Notes: generated from the letters alone by a model not told the origin. A stretch of 64,000 bases of DNA from Octopus bimaculoides (GCF_001194135.2 NC_068994.1:6990313-7054312); one strand, 5' to 3'. Numbered from the stretch's first letter, positions 25,432 to 40,600 are shown. A program made the numbers and translations.

Positions 25432-26752
25432 TTTATCTATAAGGCTCAATTTAATTTTAATTTTTTATAAATTGATTTTAATTACCTGTAATTTTGGATT
25501 TTGTCCCTAATATTATTATTATTATATATATATATATATATATATATTAGATATGCATATACATACAAATATATATATGTATACACACACATGCACACAT
25601 ATATGTATACATACACACACACATATATATACATACACACACATATATATACATACACACATGCATATATACACACATACATACACACACATACATATAT
25701 ACATACACACACACATATAGACACACACACACACATATATATAAATATATATACACACACACACGTATCTGTAACAAAGTCTTCCATTAAGACTTGTGAT
25801 TAAATTAACAAGTAAGGTTAATATTCATAATGAATTTGCCATTTTCAGTGGGTGTGCAGCACCCAGAATATACACCCCGGATATATACATATGTGAGCAT
25901 ATATACACTCCACCATCAACAGTACTCAGCCTTATCCAGCTTTATAAATCGCTAAAGTAAATATCATCCCATGATGTATTGGATGTTTAATAATATTTTG
26001 AATAACATTGATTTTAAATCACATTTGACAAATTTCTGTTGGTCCAACCAAGAATGTTAATTTACTCGAAATTATTGCAGCCACAAAATTCCTTTTATGG
26101 AAATATAAGAGAAAGTAAAATAGCCTATGACAAGGATGTATAACTGAGGTGTTCAACTAGTTTAATTGTCTGAGGTTCCAGAGAGTTTTCCTTCTACCAA
26201 ATCCACTTTGGTTGACCCAGGGCTTTAGTGGAAGACTTTTGCCCAAGGTGCCCCACGGTGGGACTGACCCCAAAAACCATTTGGTATAAAAAAAAAAATG
26301 ACAATTCTGTGCTGATGAAGGGAAATAACCTGGAAATTGTGATGCACAGATATTGCTTTGAGCTGAGTGGGGGTGCTAGATTCCCTTGCTCAAAAATGTA
26401 AGGACACAGATCGTGTCGTAAAGCCAGCTGGAGACGATGTCTCCTGGGGGCTAAATTACATCGATCAGAGGGATATACTACCACGTTGAAGGATATAACA
26501 GAGAATATATAATAGAAATTAGAGAAATAATAAATAAATAGATAAATAGAATCCCCAATAGAGGGGGTAGTCCACTTAGGGTAACTTGGGGTAAACACCA
26601 TGCGAAAATTCCTGATTACTCTGCTATCCCCAAATAATAATAATACATATATATATATAGTTTTAGGGAAAAAATTGATAAATTTTAATAAATTGATTTT
26701 AATTGAGTTTTTACCTGTAATTTTGGATTTTATCCCTAATATTATTATTATA

Positions 26753-26815
<63 letters not shown>

Positions 26816-26927
26816 TTAAATAGTAAGGGTGAAAAATTGAGTATCAATTTAATTAATATCAATTTAAAACCAGTGGCCTAGCATATTGGAAAATCTGAAG
26901 ATTCAGAAAAATTATATTACATACATA

Positions 26928-26961
<34 letters not shown>

Positions 26962-28082
26962 CACGCACACGTGTGTGTGTGTGTATGTATGACTGTATGT
27001 AAGTGTGTATGAAGTATTAAGATTATATATGAAGATGAGGAACCAAACACTAACACTGCCACCACCACGACTGAAATGGTGAGGCCTCTCCTAGTTCTTG
27101 CAAAAATGGTCAAGTCCAAAATTTAAAGAAACTGACGAGTGACTAGGTAGGTGATGATAAAGGCAAACAATAGTTTATGGTACATTGAATATATTCATTG
27201 GCAGCGAAGTGTAAAATATTATACATGCTGGGGCCTTTTTTTCTTCTTTTCCTACCTTTTAATGTGATAGAAAAACGAAAGCTGAGCCGACACCTCCTTT
27301 GTGTGTTTTTTTTTCCTACTCTGCTGAAGGTCAAAAGCTCTAAACGTTAGACTTCCTTCCTTATTCATCATGGCAGTAAAATTTATTCAGCAGTACGTGG
27401 TGAAGTGTTGTTTAATAACGTGAGTGATATGTATGAACGATTTAAATGACTAAAAAAGAGACGGGCTGGAGAGTCAAATAAGTCTAAATCCCTAGACATA
27501 AAAAAAAATATTACATGAAATACAGAAATTAGCATAACAGGGCTCTGTAATAATTATGTAAGGAGTATTAGTGATATAACATGATAATAAAAGACGCACA
27601 AGGACATACACACACATACACACACACACATGCGCACGCATACACTGACAAATCTGCTTTCTGTTATACAATGAAAATACGCAGCAAGAATAATCAAGTA
27701 AAATGGAGTGCCAGGCTAAATCCTTCTCACGTTGTGACTTCAGATCCAACCAAGGAGGGTTCACATCGGGGGTTTTCAACCGTTTTTTAATCTATGGACC
27801 TCTTTGATTACAACTTTATTCTGGTGGGTCCCCAGAGCCGTTTTGATGTTTAGAAACTAGTTTTATAGACACTTACTCTTTTATTTGTTGCAGTCATTTG
27901 ACTGTGGCCATGCTAGAGCACCACCTTTACTCGAATAAATCGACCCAGGGACTTATTCTTTGTAAGTCTTGTACTTATTCTATTGGTCTCTTTTTGCCGA
28001 ACTGCTAAGTTACGGGGATGTAAACACACCAACATTGGTTGTCAAGCGATGGTGGGGGGACAAACACAGACACAAACAACAA

Positions 28083-28127
<45 letters not shown>

Positions 28128-30026
28128 ACGAGCTTCAGTAATTTGACTGCGGCCATGCTGGAGCACCGCCTTTAGTTGAACAAATCAACCCCAGGACTTA
28201 TTCTATTGGTATCTTTTGCCGAACTGCTAAGTCATGGGAACGTAAACACACCAGCATCAGTTGTCATAGTGATGGTGGGGAGGACAAACACAGACACATA
28301 TAAACACATACACACACACACATCTGTGCCCTGTCGGTATCTCCTGGAGGAGATGTTCTCCTGGGGCTAAAAGCAGTAGTAACATTTACCCTTAGGGTTT
28401 AGCCGCATTTAAGTGGCAAATATATTTCACGTTGACAAAAGGAATGTTATATTAAAATTAGGTGAGGTTAGAGATGTTATGCAAAGAATAATCAGACATG
28501 TTAAAAACTTGATATAATTAAACACAGAATAGAAAGATAATAATATAAACACAGACAATATTATTTTTTAAAAGAATGGTATAATTTACAAAAACAGGGG
28601 ATACAGTAACCCAACCATTATACATTTATAGAAGCATCAATGAAGAGTCAAAACCTACAAAACCTGGGCGAGGAGAGAAGCAAGAAATAAATAGCTCAAG
28701 GTTGAGAAGAGTAGAGAAAAGCTAATACTCTGGAGGTAGTGAAGGGATCAAGTGATGGGAGGAAATTACACAGTTATTCCTAGACCCCAATTAAATCTAC
28801 CTTAGGTCTAAATTAGTGATTCTTAATTAGAGTCCATAAGACCCTAAGTCGATGATGGTCAATACTTTGCAGGTTGTGAAGGAATTAAGTGAAGAGTGAT
28901 AGGAGGAAGTTACACAATTATCCCTAGACCCCTATTAAATGTACCTAAGGTCTAAACTAGTGATTCTTAAACGGGGTCTATAGTTGATGCCAGTACCGCC
29001 TGACTGGCCCTCATGCTAGTGGCACATAAAAAGCACCTACTACAATCTTGGAGTGGTTGTCATTAGGAAGAGCATCCCGCTGTAGAAACCTTGTCAGAGC
29101 AGATTGGAGACTAGTACAGCCTTCTGGCTTGCCAGCCCTCAGTCAAACCGTCCAACCCATGCCAGCATGGAAAACGGACGTTAAACGACGATGATGATGA
29201 TGACATACATAAATGTATATATATATGTATGTATACACACACACACACACACACACACACATAGGACACACAGACTATGGACTCCAAGGAAATTAAACTT
29301 GATGATGGTGGTTTGTGTTAGGCAAAATGTTAAGCAGTGAAGATCATGAGTTATAAGTTTATATGTCAATGGGAGGAATAGAATCTGATATTTCAGGACA
29401 GACCCGGGGAAAAAAAGATAGTTTTTTAAAATCAAGATTAAATTTGTTCTTTTTTTTCTTTCTTTCAGACAAAATGGTTTGTCTCAAAATGCTAGTTTCC
29501 TCTTCAGATTCCTTTTCGTATTATATAAAATTACCAAAACTCCTGAAATGTTAATGTGTAGACGCAGGCATGGCTGTGTGGTAAGAAGCTTGCTTCCCAA
29601 TCATATGGTTCTGGGTTCAGTCCCACCAAATGGCACCTTGGACAAGTGTCTTCTACTATAGCCTTGGGCCGACCAAAGCCTTGTGAGTGGATTTTAGTAG
29701 ACAGAAACTGAGTTGAGGCCATCGTGTATATATATGTGTGTGTGTGTGTGTTTGTCCCCCCACCACTGCTTGACAACCAGTGTTGGTGTGTTTATGTCCC
29801 CATAACCTAGCAGGTAGGCCAAAGGGACGGATTGAATAAGTACAAGGTTTAACAAAAAACAAAAATATTGGGTTTGATTCATTCAGCTAAAAATTCTTCT
29901 AGATGGTGCCCCAGCATGGCCACAGTCTAATGATTGAAACAAGTAAAAGATAGAAGATACATATGCAGGTAACTGGAGACAGTTATTTCTTTCACGCTGC
30001 CTTATTTTCATTTCCTTACCAATAAC

Positions 30027-30108
30027 CTCCATCATTCTTTAATCATTCTCTACTCCATCATTCTTTAACCATTCTCCACTCCATCATTCTTTAACCATTC
30101 TCCACTCC
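30027..30108 (+). repeat. 26-bp tandem repeat, ~3.1 copies
   Basis: CTCCATCATTCTTTAACCATTCTCCA at 30027, 30053 and 30079. Confidence 0.9.
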
Positions 30109-33100
30109 TGTCTTTCCTTCTGCCCAGAGTAATAGCACGTGCTTTTCAAAGGCGTTTTATCCAGTCGCTGTCTAAATGTCGGAATGTTAACATCTGGTCC
30201 CCTTTCGTCACTGCTTTGCTTTATCCCATTCAGATGTAGACACTAATCTATCGACGAGCTTGTGGCTCGTCTAGCTCAACACACTGTGGGATTTCTACCT
30301 CACCTCGCTACCACTTCAAAACTTATTAGATATTTTAGATGTACAGCCAAGTACCGGAGCTAACTACCTTCATGTGCATGAAGGAATGAACTCATGCCTC
30401 CTACACACTATTGTCTTGTACACTTATCTCTGTTGTGCCAGTTACTTCATGTGTGAGCAAGGAATAAATTATGTTTGTTAACCAAAAGCATTACCTTCTG
30501 ATTTTTATCGTTACCTTTATGTAAAACATGCATTTATACGTTTCAAACCTTACGTGCATACATCTAAATATACTTCTTAAACTGGTAAAGCCCAATTCTT
30601 AATTTACCTCTTGTTACAGATGTAACTTTGCCTTATTCCCTGTAAACAAGGAACATGGCACGATATGGTTAATAAACCTGCCTAAACACTAAACTAAATA
30701 CCCAGAGTGGAGTTTGGTAGATATCTTTTCCCCATTGCAAAAAAAAATATGTACTGAAAGCTTATGGCTAGTTAGAAGAGATTTGACAGTTTTTATGGTA
30801 CCTGTTTTCAGCCAGTGTGAATGGGGAAAGATTTATATTTATAAAATAAAAGCAAAACATCAAAAATAATTCTAAACATACACAATAACATGAAAATAAA
30901 TCAACATCAAACAAAACATGTAAAAAAAAAGAAAAAATTAAAATCAGAGCCAAGATTATAATTTCAAAAGGAAAGAAAATACATATAAAAAAAAATCCAT
31001 CCTTACTTTTGTGTCCTTGAAGATTGATCACTCGGTAAAAGAACAATCCAATTTTTTTAATTTTGGGTTAAAATGGTAGAACTTTCCACAAACATCCATC
31101 TTGAAATGATTTGAAGTTTGATTTCTTATCAACAGAATTGTCCGTTAGAATTTTTTCACTGCCTTGTCTAAAATTCTTCAAAATTAATTCTCTTCATTCT
31201 CAATAAAAAGGAAAACAAACATCCTATAGCTGNNNNNNNNNNNNNNNNNNNNNNNNNNNNNNNNNNNNNNNNNNNNNNNNNNNNNNNNNNNNNNNNNNNN
31301 NNNNNNNNNNNNNNNNNNNNNNNNNNNNNNNNNNNNNNNNNNNNNNNNNNNNNNNNNNNNNNNNNNNNNNNNTGATGATACATATATATATCTTTATATA
31401 TATATATATATATTTATCACATCAAAATAGTGTGGAATACAGGGAATGGAGAATAAAATTATTTATTCAACCATTGCTTGAAGTTCAATTTTTCTCTTAT
31501 TTTTCTTAATTGCTTTTCATTTTATTTTCCATATTTCAATAAACTTCCTAGAATTTCCATCTAAAAGTAAGTAGACTTAGCAATTATCCCTTATCCTATA
31601 TACATTATCTTTTGGGGGTTTTTTTTTTTGTTTTTTTTTTTCTTCTTTTATCATTTCTTCATTGAAATGTTTAATGTTAGATTCTCAATTTAGTGTTAGA
31701 TCCTACACAATTTCCTTCGGCCACAACTATAATCTTAATCTAGGAGTTTGAACGCTCTCTTTTTTTCACCATAGCCCAGTCGTTTCTTGTTTTTTTAAAT
31801 ATCACACGATCAGTCTTTGATTTCTTTCTGTTGATGAAAAATTGGGAGTGGGGTGAAAGAAAGAAACAAGATTCGTCTGTTGTTGGAGTGAGAGTGAGAG
31901 AGACAAAAGGGTGGCGGTGGAAGAGAAGATAAGCATGTAATTTTCATTGAAAAACTGCTGACAGATTTTCTAATGTTTTGTAGTTCTTGCTGCAAGTATT
32001 GTCTTTGTATTGAATGAATGTGTAAATAATATTGTGTGTGTGTCTGTGTGTATACAGGACATTGGTGGTGCAACTGAACCTGTGAATGTCAATGTGCTAG
32101 TGAAGTGACGTAGTGGTGGTGGTGTGCACATGTAGAGATGAAATTTGAACATATGCAAACATGCAGATGTGATGAATGTCTTACCTCCAGACACACCTAT
32201 AATCAATCAACAAAACATAACAGGATATGCAATATCCGAACCATTTGTTTTTCTTTTGTTATTATTGTGGGCGGTACCTTTTTTTTTTTTTTTTTAATTT
32301 CCTTTTTAAAGAACTACAAGAACACAAACTTAGACATTACACTAACTGGTAACAATGATACACATCAACCCTTTAGCATTTAATCCGGCCATATCCAGCC
32401 AAAATATTCTCCCCCGTTTTATCTTCAAACTGACCAGATTTGGTCTCTCACACTTACCCTACAATATAATTCTAAAAATAAACCACTGCATCACCAAAAT
32501 CTCAAAGCTACAAGATAATGATTGACTAGTTCTTATCAATGTGAATAAATAAGTATTACATTTGACAGAAAAATCTAGATGTTATAGAGTTAAACAGTGC
32601 CTGCTTAGTATACTGGGCTCCGCTTACAGGAGCCAGTGCTTCTGTAAAAGAACTTGTATTAGATACCTGGTCATGGAATCTCAGAACCTAAGAATGTCAT
32701 TTTCACAGACTTCTGTCATCAAACTAAAAAGTAATTAAAGAAAAATCTGTATAACGATTATCCGAACACAAAATATATATCTGTTATCAACGGACAGACA
32801 CTGTCATCAATTATGATGAACAGATGTACTTATCGTTTAATTAATGAACTGTACCCTAAGTGGCTGAGGACTGCAGACACCTGTACCCTTAATGTAATCC
32901 TCTGGCAGACTCTACATGACAAAGCTGGGTGCTCAAAATACAGGCAAAACCCTCTGGTGGGCTTCTGCATAGTTGTTTGTGTTGTTGTCTACCCAGGCTT
33001 CAGTGAAACCAAAGCCAAAGTAGAAGAAAGACTGTAGCCTCCGAGGTGCCGTGCAGCAGGATTGATCTTTGAACCAAACGATGGCAAAACAAGTTTGCTA

Positions 33101-33227
33101 TCTATGCGGTAATGTGCCCATGGATATGTGTGTGGTTAACACCCTCACGCGCACACATATATACAAACACATATACACATTATTCAACTCCTCAGAGCAT
33201 CCCAGTTTGTTTGTTCTTCCATAAATG

Positions 33228-33263
<36 letters not shown>

Positions 33264-35141
33264 TNNNNNNNNNNNNNNNNNNNNNNNNNNNNNNNNNNNN
33301 NNNNNNNNNNNNNNNNNNNNNNNNNNNNNNNNNNNNNNNNNNNNNNNNNNNNNNNNNNNNNNNNNNNNNNNNNNNNNNNNNNNNNNNNNNNNNNNNNNNN
33401 NNNNNNNNNNNNNNNNNNNNNNNNNNNNNNNNNNNNNNNNNNNNNNNNNNNNNNNNNNNNNNNNNNNNNNNNNNNNNNNNNNNNNNNNNNNNNNNNNNNN
33501 NNNNNNNNNNNNNNNNNNNNNNNNNNNNNNNNNNNNNNNNNNNNNNNNNNNNNNNNNNNNNNNNNNNNNNNNNNNNNNNNNNNNNNNNNNNNNNNNNNNN
33601 NNNNNNNNNNNNNNNNNNNNNNNNNATAATAATAATAATAATAATAATAAATAATAATAATGATGCACAATTGGAAAAAGTGCAGTTTGTTATGTAATAA
33701 AAAACATAAGATTGATTTTGGATTTTTCATTTTCTACTTTGAACCTGAAGAAGATGGATGTACTGTTGAAATGGAAGTATTGTTCAGTTTAATAAACAAA
33801 GTTCAATCTGAGTTTTATTACATATCGTATTGCGCTCTTCTAATTGCATATTTTTTAACCTTCGTGAAGAGTTTCGTCAGTCTTCGTAAATTAATAATAA
33901 TAATGATAATAAAAATAAGGAGAAGAAGAAAAAGTGCAGCAATAACAAAAACAACAACAACAACAACAACAACGATGAGGAGGAGGAGGGAAAAGAAGGA
34001 AGATGAGGTGTGGCTTAGGCCCGATGGAATTAATTAACGATGGGAGAGGGGAGGGCAACGTATAACGAGGACTCTGTGCAGTTTATACCATTCTACAGGA
34101 GTATTTGATTCAGTTGTACTGATAGAGTATTAGGGAGATGCAATGAACATCACAACTACCCATTAAAAAAAATTATAATAATAATAATAATAATGATGAT
34201 GATGGTACTGCTGGTGTTGATGATGATGATGATGATGATGAGCAAAAAAAGTGGCCTTGGTATTGAGAAGCCATGTTTCTTTTCTAAATAAACCCAATAT
34301 TTATTCATGGATCTTCCAAGACCGACCATTCTGCTGACGGGTTAAGAATATCTGAATCACAAGAATGAAAACAAATAATAACAATAATAATAATAATAAT
34401 ATTTGCCACATTCGCAATGTTTGCTACTGTGGCTGCGTATCTTCATCACAGTCATCAGCATCATCATCGTCATCATCATCATCATCATCATCGCTGTCAT
34501 TGTCATTATCCTTATTATTACTACCATTCAAAAGCAAGAGAAAGAAAAGTTGGCGAGGTGGGGTGGGGGTGGAGGCGGGTAGGATATTTGTCGGAGAGGT
34601 AGAGCTGTACAGTTCTTTATCAATAAGCTAAATTTTAGGAATCTGAAGGAAATGGAAAAAAAAAAAAAAAGTAAAAGAAAGAAAGAAAGAGCCTGTGGTG
34701 CTGCGATAGAACAAGACATTGGGGGGGGGGGAGGTTAAAATATAACAAAACATAAGTATTTCTACTCTAGGCACAAGGCCCTGAAAATTATGGGGAAAAA
34801 GGGGGAGCTAGTCAATTATATCGACCCTAGTACGTAACTGGTACTTGTTTCATCGACCTCGAAAGGATGAAAGGCAAAGTCGACTTCGGTGGAATCAAAA
34901 CAAAACAAATAATAATAATGATAATAATAATAATCCTTCCTACTAAAGGCACAAGGTCTGAAATTTTGGGGGAGGGGACTAGTCAATTACATTGACCCCC
35001 AGTGTTTCACTGGTACTTAATTTATCGACCCCTGGAAGGATGAAAGGCAAAGTTGACCCTGGTGGGATTTGAACTCAGAATGTGAATATACCGCAAAGCA
35101 TTTTGTACAGCATGCTCACAATTCTGCCAGCTCACCACCTT

Positions 35142-35176
<35 letters not shown>

Positions 35177-36289
35177 TGGTTCTAATAATGGCACAGAAAT
35201 TCAGGAGGGGAGTGTTCGTGAACTGAATCAACACCAGTATTTAACTGGTACTTTATGTCATAGACCCTTGAGAGGAAAAATGTCAAAGTTAGTTTTAGTA
35301 GTATTTGAACTCAGAATGTAGAAGAACACAGCTAAGTAACTAAGTACCCTGTGGCATCTTGTCTGATGAACCACCATTGCTGCCTGAGCAGAATTTTTAG
35401 AGTGACAAAGTATCTTATAGTGTTTTATGTTCTGGTTTGAAAGCCTACATTCATCAACTTTTGCTTTTTATCCCCCTTCTGGGGGGGGGGGGGTCAATAA
35501 AATAAAATGCCATTTAAGTACCAGTGCTGATACAATCAACAGTTCACTTCCCCCTCACAAAAATGTTATGCCTTATGACTATGTAAGAATCACTATCACA
35601 TTCATTGTTATTAGTTGCTATGAAATAGTTTGGATGTATTTTTAACCATGCTGCGTAAGTCTCTGTTAAAAATCATTGTTTTTGCCTGTTTGATATTGTT
35701 TTATGAGTAAAACTTTTATATTCCCCACCCCAAAAAAAATGCTCAGTCAGTATTAGAAAAAATTCATATACAAGACAGCTTCAACAATGCCCGTCATAAA
35801 AATACTGAAAGGGAAAACCCTTCCTCTCACCAGCTCACTTACAGCTGAACACTTCCATCTCCTTCCGACACTCACTCCACTGAAAAGGGATTGCAAGTCA
35901 ACTGGCAAGGGCAGTGGTAATGGTAACAACAACAGCAACAACAAAAAACTGAGTGTTGTCAGACTGCTGGAAGCTGGCACTATTGCAGAAAAAAACATCC
36001 ACGACCACCACTACCAGTAGCAGCATGATGTTAAGCACTGAGAGGGACAGTGGCAGCAACACCACCAGTCACCATAGTCACCACGACAGGCAATGACACC
36101 AGTGACAAAAAGCAACAATAACAACAATAAAATTAACAACAACTACAGAACCAGTGAAGAATTAACAACAACTACACAAAAAGTTTTTCATATGCTGTTA
36201 ATACAAAAAAAAACTGTTACCACTAGGCCTGGGAAACAAAAGCAGTGAATTGGCTCAAGCCAAAAATATTAAATTTGAGAGGGGGAAGG

Positions 36290-36860
36290 CAGTAGTAATA
36301 GTGCCTCCTGAAATCATGGCAGAACATGCAAAGAGAACAGTCCATTACAGATGTGTTCCCCTACGAAGATAGTGAGTTGAGCTTGCCACAATCTTTCAAG
36401 TGGAGAAAGCTCTGAATGACATTATGGAAGATGTGGCCCACATGCAAAAAGCAAGGCAGTTTGCCAGCATTGAAGTCCTCTTCAAATGTGAGGACCTGTT
36501 GTGAAAACATTCTGTGATACTCCGCTGGAGTGAGGAGTGTGTTCTGTATCTGACATACCTTTCAAAGAGAACTGTCAAGCTGAGGATATTGGGTATTCTG
36601 CCTGATGTGAACATCTGGTGGAACATAGCCTGTGTTGTCCTCAAGGACCCAGACACACTCCTCAAGCTCAAACGCAGCAACAGAGAGAACTGGTTTGGTA
36701 TAAACCTAGAGATTCTGCTCCAGGTGAAACCTGAGAACGTAGAGAAAATCCCAGACTTCATACAGCTGTCTGATGGGATTGAGCTACATCTTGTCATAGA
36801 AGGCAGAAAACCAAAGTGTGATCTTTGTGGGACCACCTTAGAGCCTTCTTCACCTTAAAA
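36290..36860 (+). pseudogene. ORF1 remnant of the Tx1-type LINE (gag-like, CCHC zinc knuckle)
   Basis: IPDFIQLSDGIELHLVIEGRKPK-CDLCG, then frameshifted DHLRAF, i.e. a broken CX2CX4HX4C knuckle. It is followed by a Thr/Ser-rich low-complexity tail. Confidence 0.7.
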
Positions 36861-37148
36861 ATAGGAGGCATGAACACTGCACCCTCAACAACTGCAACAT
36901 CAAAGACAATATATCACACCTGCAGTATTATCATCAACAGCAGTGACAACAGATACACAAAAATTACCATCAGAGGGACTACAACAGCAACATTAACAAC
37001 TACACCAGCAGTTGCAAAAGCAATAAGACTGCCAGACAAAAATAACAGAAGCAGCTGAGACAACAACAGCCCAACAGCATCCTCATCATTATCACCACCA
37101 ACATGAAAAACAACAGAAAAAAAACCCACCCAGAGCATTTCTCATCCC

Positions 37149-37182
<34 letters not shown>

Positions 37183-37613
37183 CACACATAGACATTCTCA
37201 CAAATACAAACATATTCCCACACATATCCAAGTCAGATTCCACAGGCACTGGTACCTCTACATCTCAAAGTAAAGATGAAAAGGAACCTCACAAACTGAC
37301 CCACCCCCCAGAAAACACAAAAATCATCTTATCTCATATCAAAACACACACAAAAACCAGAAAACACTGAAAATGTGCTCATGAAAATACAAACATATTG
37401 ACATCAACCCCACCAGCATCACAATCATCAACACACCCTTTGCTTCAGCTACCAATACCACCGACACTACCACAACCACAACTACCCAGTAGGCTTTCAT
37501 AGGGGTTCCTAAAGGGACACCAACCAGATATGAAAGTTGGGCCACCCATGTTCTAACAGCACCTGGAGGGTAAATAAACCCAGTCTTTTCTTTTCTCTGA
37601 ACTCTTTCCAGCC

Positions 37614-40600
37614 AATGTGGTAATTAGAGCAGGTTATATAAATACACATGGTCTGGGGTCATTCTGGAAGCAAGGTCACTTGCTCAATGACCTCAGGTCA
37701 CTAGCTATAGATGCAACAGCTGTCAGTGAGACTAGGATTTCAAACATGTGCACAGTAGCCCCTGTTTTTGATGACTTTGTGATCTTTGCATCTCTTAGTC
37801 AACCTGGAACAGGAGGCAGAGCGGCAGCACTGTTTAGAAAATGCCTGGATCTCAAGGCACAGATGATCTTTCTAGATGCAGGTGGTAAGTCAGAGGTTGT
37901 AAACGAGCAATAGTGAAGGTGGTACTTTGAAACTAGTCATAATGTATGCCCCAACTGAAGTAAGGCAGCCAGATTTCTTTATATGTTTGGCAGTTTTTCT
38001 TGGGACATCTAGCTCTTTAGTGCTATGGGATGAATGGAATGCTATCTTGGATGCACACCTGGACTGTGTAGGGCTAACTGATAGAAGAGCCTCACAAACC
38101 TAAGTCACTATGAACTGGCTAACAGATATCGACTGAATTTCCTGAATGCACCAATGTGGATATGGGTAAATAGCATTGGGTCATCCAGATCATATCTTGG
38201 TAGAGTATTCTGTAGGCCAGTAGAGGAAACAGCATAGGTTGTCCACAATTTAAAGTTGTCAGCTACACACAACCACAAATTTATGATCTGTACAGTTAAA
38301 CCAGATAGGTTCTATAGGCAGAGCCCCAGATACTGGAAGCTGAATGCATCGTTCCTGATGCATCAAGCTTTCGGAAACCAATTTAGCAAGTTAGTCCTTT
38401 AGAAGTTGACCAGCACAATTGTCAACAACTGATGGTAGACCCAAAAGGGGTTAGGCATTAGGGTTTAGTAAAGAAATAATGATAGAGAAGTCTAGTATAG
38501 AGGGCAACGTAGTTAGGAAGCTAGAAGAGGTACCTAGGAAAAGCAAAGCAAACAATGTGCTGGAAGTGAGATTGGTTCTTGACCAAATCTTCAAGGTCAA
38601 GAACAAAGGTCATGTTGTCAGAACTTGGGTGCATCTTCTAAAACACGAGGAAATGATAGCTGTTCAATGGGCCTGGCTGGTAGAGGTGCAACATGGCAAC
38701 AAAACTACAATTCGGTCTTTCATGTGACAAGATGGGCACTTGCTACTAGAATCCAAGCAAATGTGTGCTGTATTTCAGCAGCACTTTGCTGAACTGTACA
38801 GGGCACACAGTGGGTCAGAGATGAGGGTGGATTTTTACCTCCTGCTTCAATGACCTGCTGTAGCTTTCTGCCAGGGATGCAGAGTTCTGTGAAATGCTGA
38901 TAACAGCTGAAGATGTATGTGATGTGAAGACTAGCTGCACAAGGGAGAAATCTCCGAGGTTGGATGGTTTACCCTTTAAGCTTTATCTTCCTACACCAGA
39001 TTTATTCAGTGATCTCTCGGCAGATGTCTACCACAACTGGCAGCTGATTGAAAGAATTCCCAGTCTTGTGAGCCAAGGTGTGGTAGTGCTGCCGAGAAAG
39101 GACCCCAAAAATGAGCACATATTACAAGGTTTTGACCCAGGTGATAACCGAGAGGCTAGCACTTGTCGTGGATAGACTGGTCGGTGATGCACTATCCCAA
39201 ACAGATCTATCCACGACCACCTCCACTCCACACAGTACATCATAAAGAGGGTAAGGAACCCTGGCATGGGTGGAGGCCTGATCAACATGGATCAATCAAA
39301 AGCCTTTTAATAGAGTTGACCATCAATACTTGGCAGTTGGTTTCAGTCACATTTTCAAAGGTTGAATTACAGCAGTGCACAGCGACATCTGCTCAGTAGT
39401 CAAAGCAAATGGCCACATATCAGAATCATTTAGCATCACATGTTCAGTCTGTCAAGGATGCCCTCTCTTTCCTCTTCTGTATGTGCTGGCTCTCAAGCCA
39501 TTACTATGGAAGCTGGATGTTTCGAGGGGCATCCCACGCGAACTAGGATGCAAAAGTTTTGTGTCAGATTATGCAGACGACATCACTATAATAATGTCAG
39601 ACATCAAAGTGATCGGTACTAGAGTACAAAGTAGTGGCAGGAGCAAAGACTAACCAAAAGTCAGAGGACCTGCAGCTCAACACCTGGAAAGGCAGGCCCA
39701 TGCCACCCAACAGCATCATAGGGAACTGGATGGAAGGACCAGTTAAATTGCTTGGGGTCTGGTTTGATCCAGGCCTCCAGGTAGACAAGAACTGGGGGAG
39801 GGTGAAGAGAAGGGTGGTCAGTCTCACCCAGAAATGGGGTGAGAGGAAGCAGTCTCTGAAAGGTTGAGCAGAGGTAACAAATGCATACATCACCCCCTTC
39901 ATTTACTACTATCTAACCCTCGTCCTTTGCCCTGCTTTGTTGCTGGTCAAGCTGGAGCACTTACTTTTCAGTTTCTCTAAAAAGAATGGTACATTTGCTA
40001 TCAGCAACCACTAAGTGTAGGACTGGACATGCTGTAGCTAATGGTGCACAGACATTGGCTGGTCTTTTCCAGAGGACTTTAGTGCTGGGGCCCATGGATA
40101 ATTTCCAGAAATCCTTGGCCTGGTTTGTGCTACTGGGGATTCTGCCAGTTTGAGACAAGCTCTACAGGCATGGAAGTACTGTCTGAGATGCGTACAGAGC
40201 AATGAAACTGTTCTGCATGCACTCATCCAGTCTCAAGAGATAGCTGACTTGTAGAGCTTTATCAAACAGCTGTTGTCATGTGGAGGGCAGATCTGATTAT
40301 TAGCCGAGTCCATCAAGAGGATAGCCCCGTTGCCTTCTTTTGGCCAGAAAGGGCATGCAGTTTTTCTGTCTGGTGGCTAAGACAAAAAGACAGTGTGGCA
40401 GACAAGGTCGAAAGGACTAAAGACAGACACTTTCCTTTTCAGTGAAACCCTCATTGACTTTTTCAAGTTGTTCTTGAAAAGGAAAGTCAGGGTGGAGAGG
40501 GAAGTGCTGCCCCCTACCCCAGTATTTTTGTTGAAAAGTAAGTGAATGTGGTGAGGATGGCCTGTGTGAATGAGCCTACCCTGAGCATGCAACTGTAGGC
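37614..40600 (+). pseudogene. ORF2 remnant (APE endonuclease + reverse transcriptase) of the Tx1-type LINE
   Basis: Motifs GYINTHGL, AVSETR, MYAP, DEWNAILDAHLD, YWKLNASFL (38331), KSPRLDGLP (38948), DQSKAF/RVDHQYL (39290, 1-nt insertion), QGCPLFPLLYVLALKPL, YADD (39570-39581), VKLLGVWF, W.ERKQSLKG. Confidence 0.9.

Noticed and set aside
30253-30271. GACGAGC hairpin resembling a hammerhead stem II
   Set aside because: There is no CUGANGA core in register and no GAAA after the stem on either strand.
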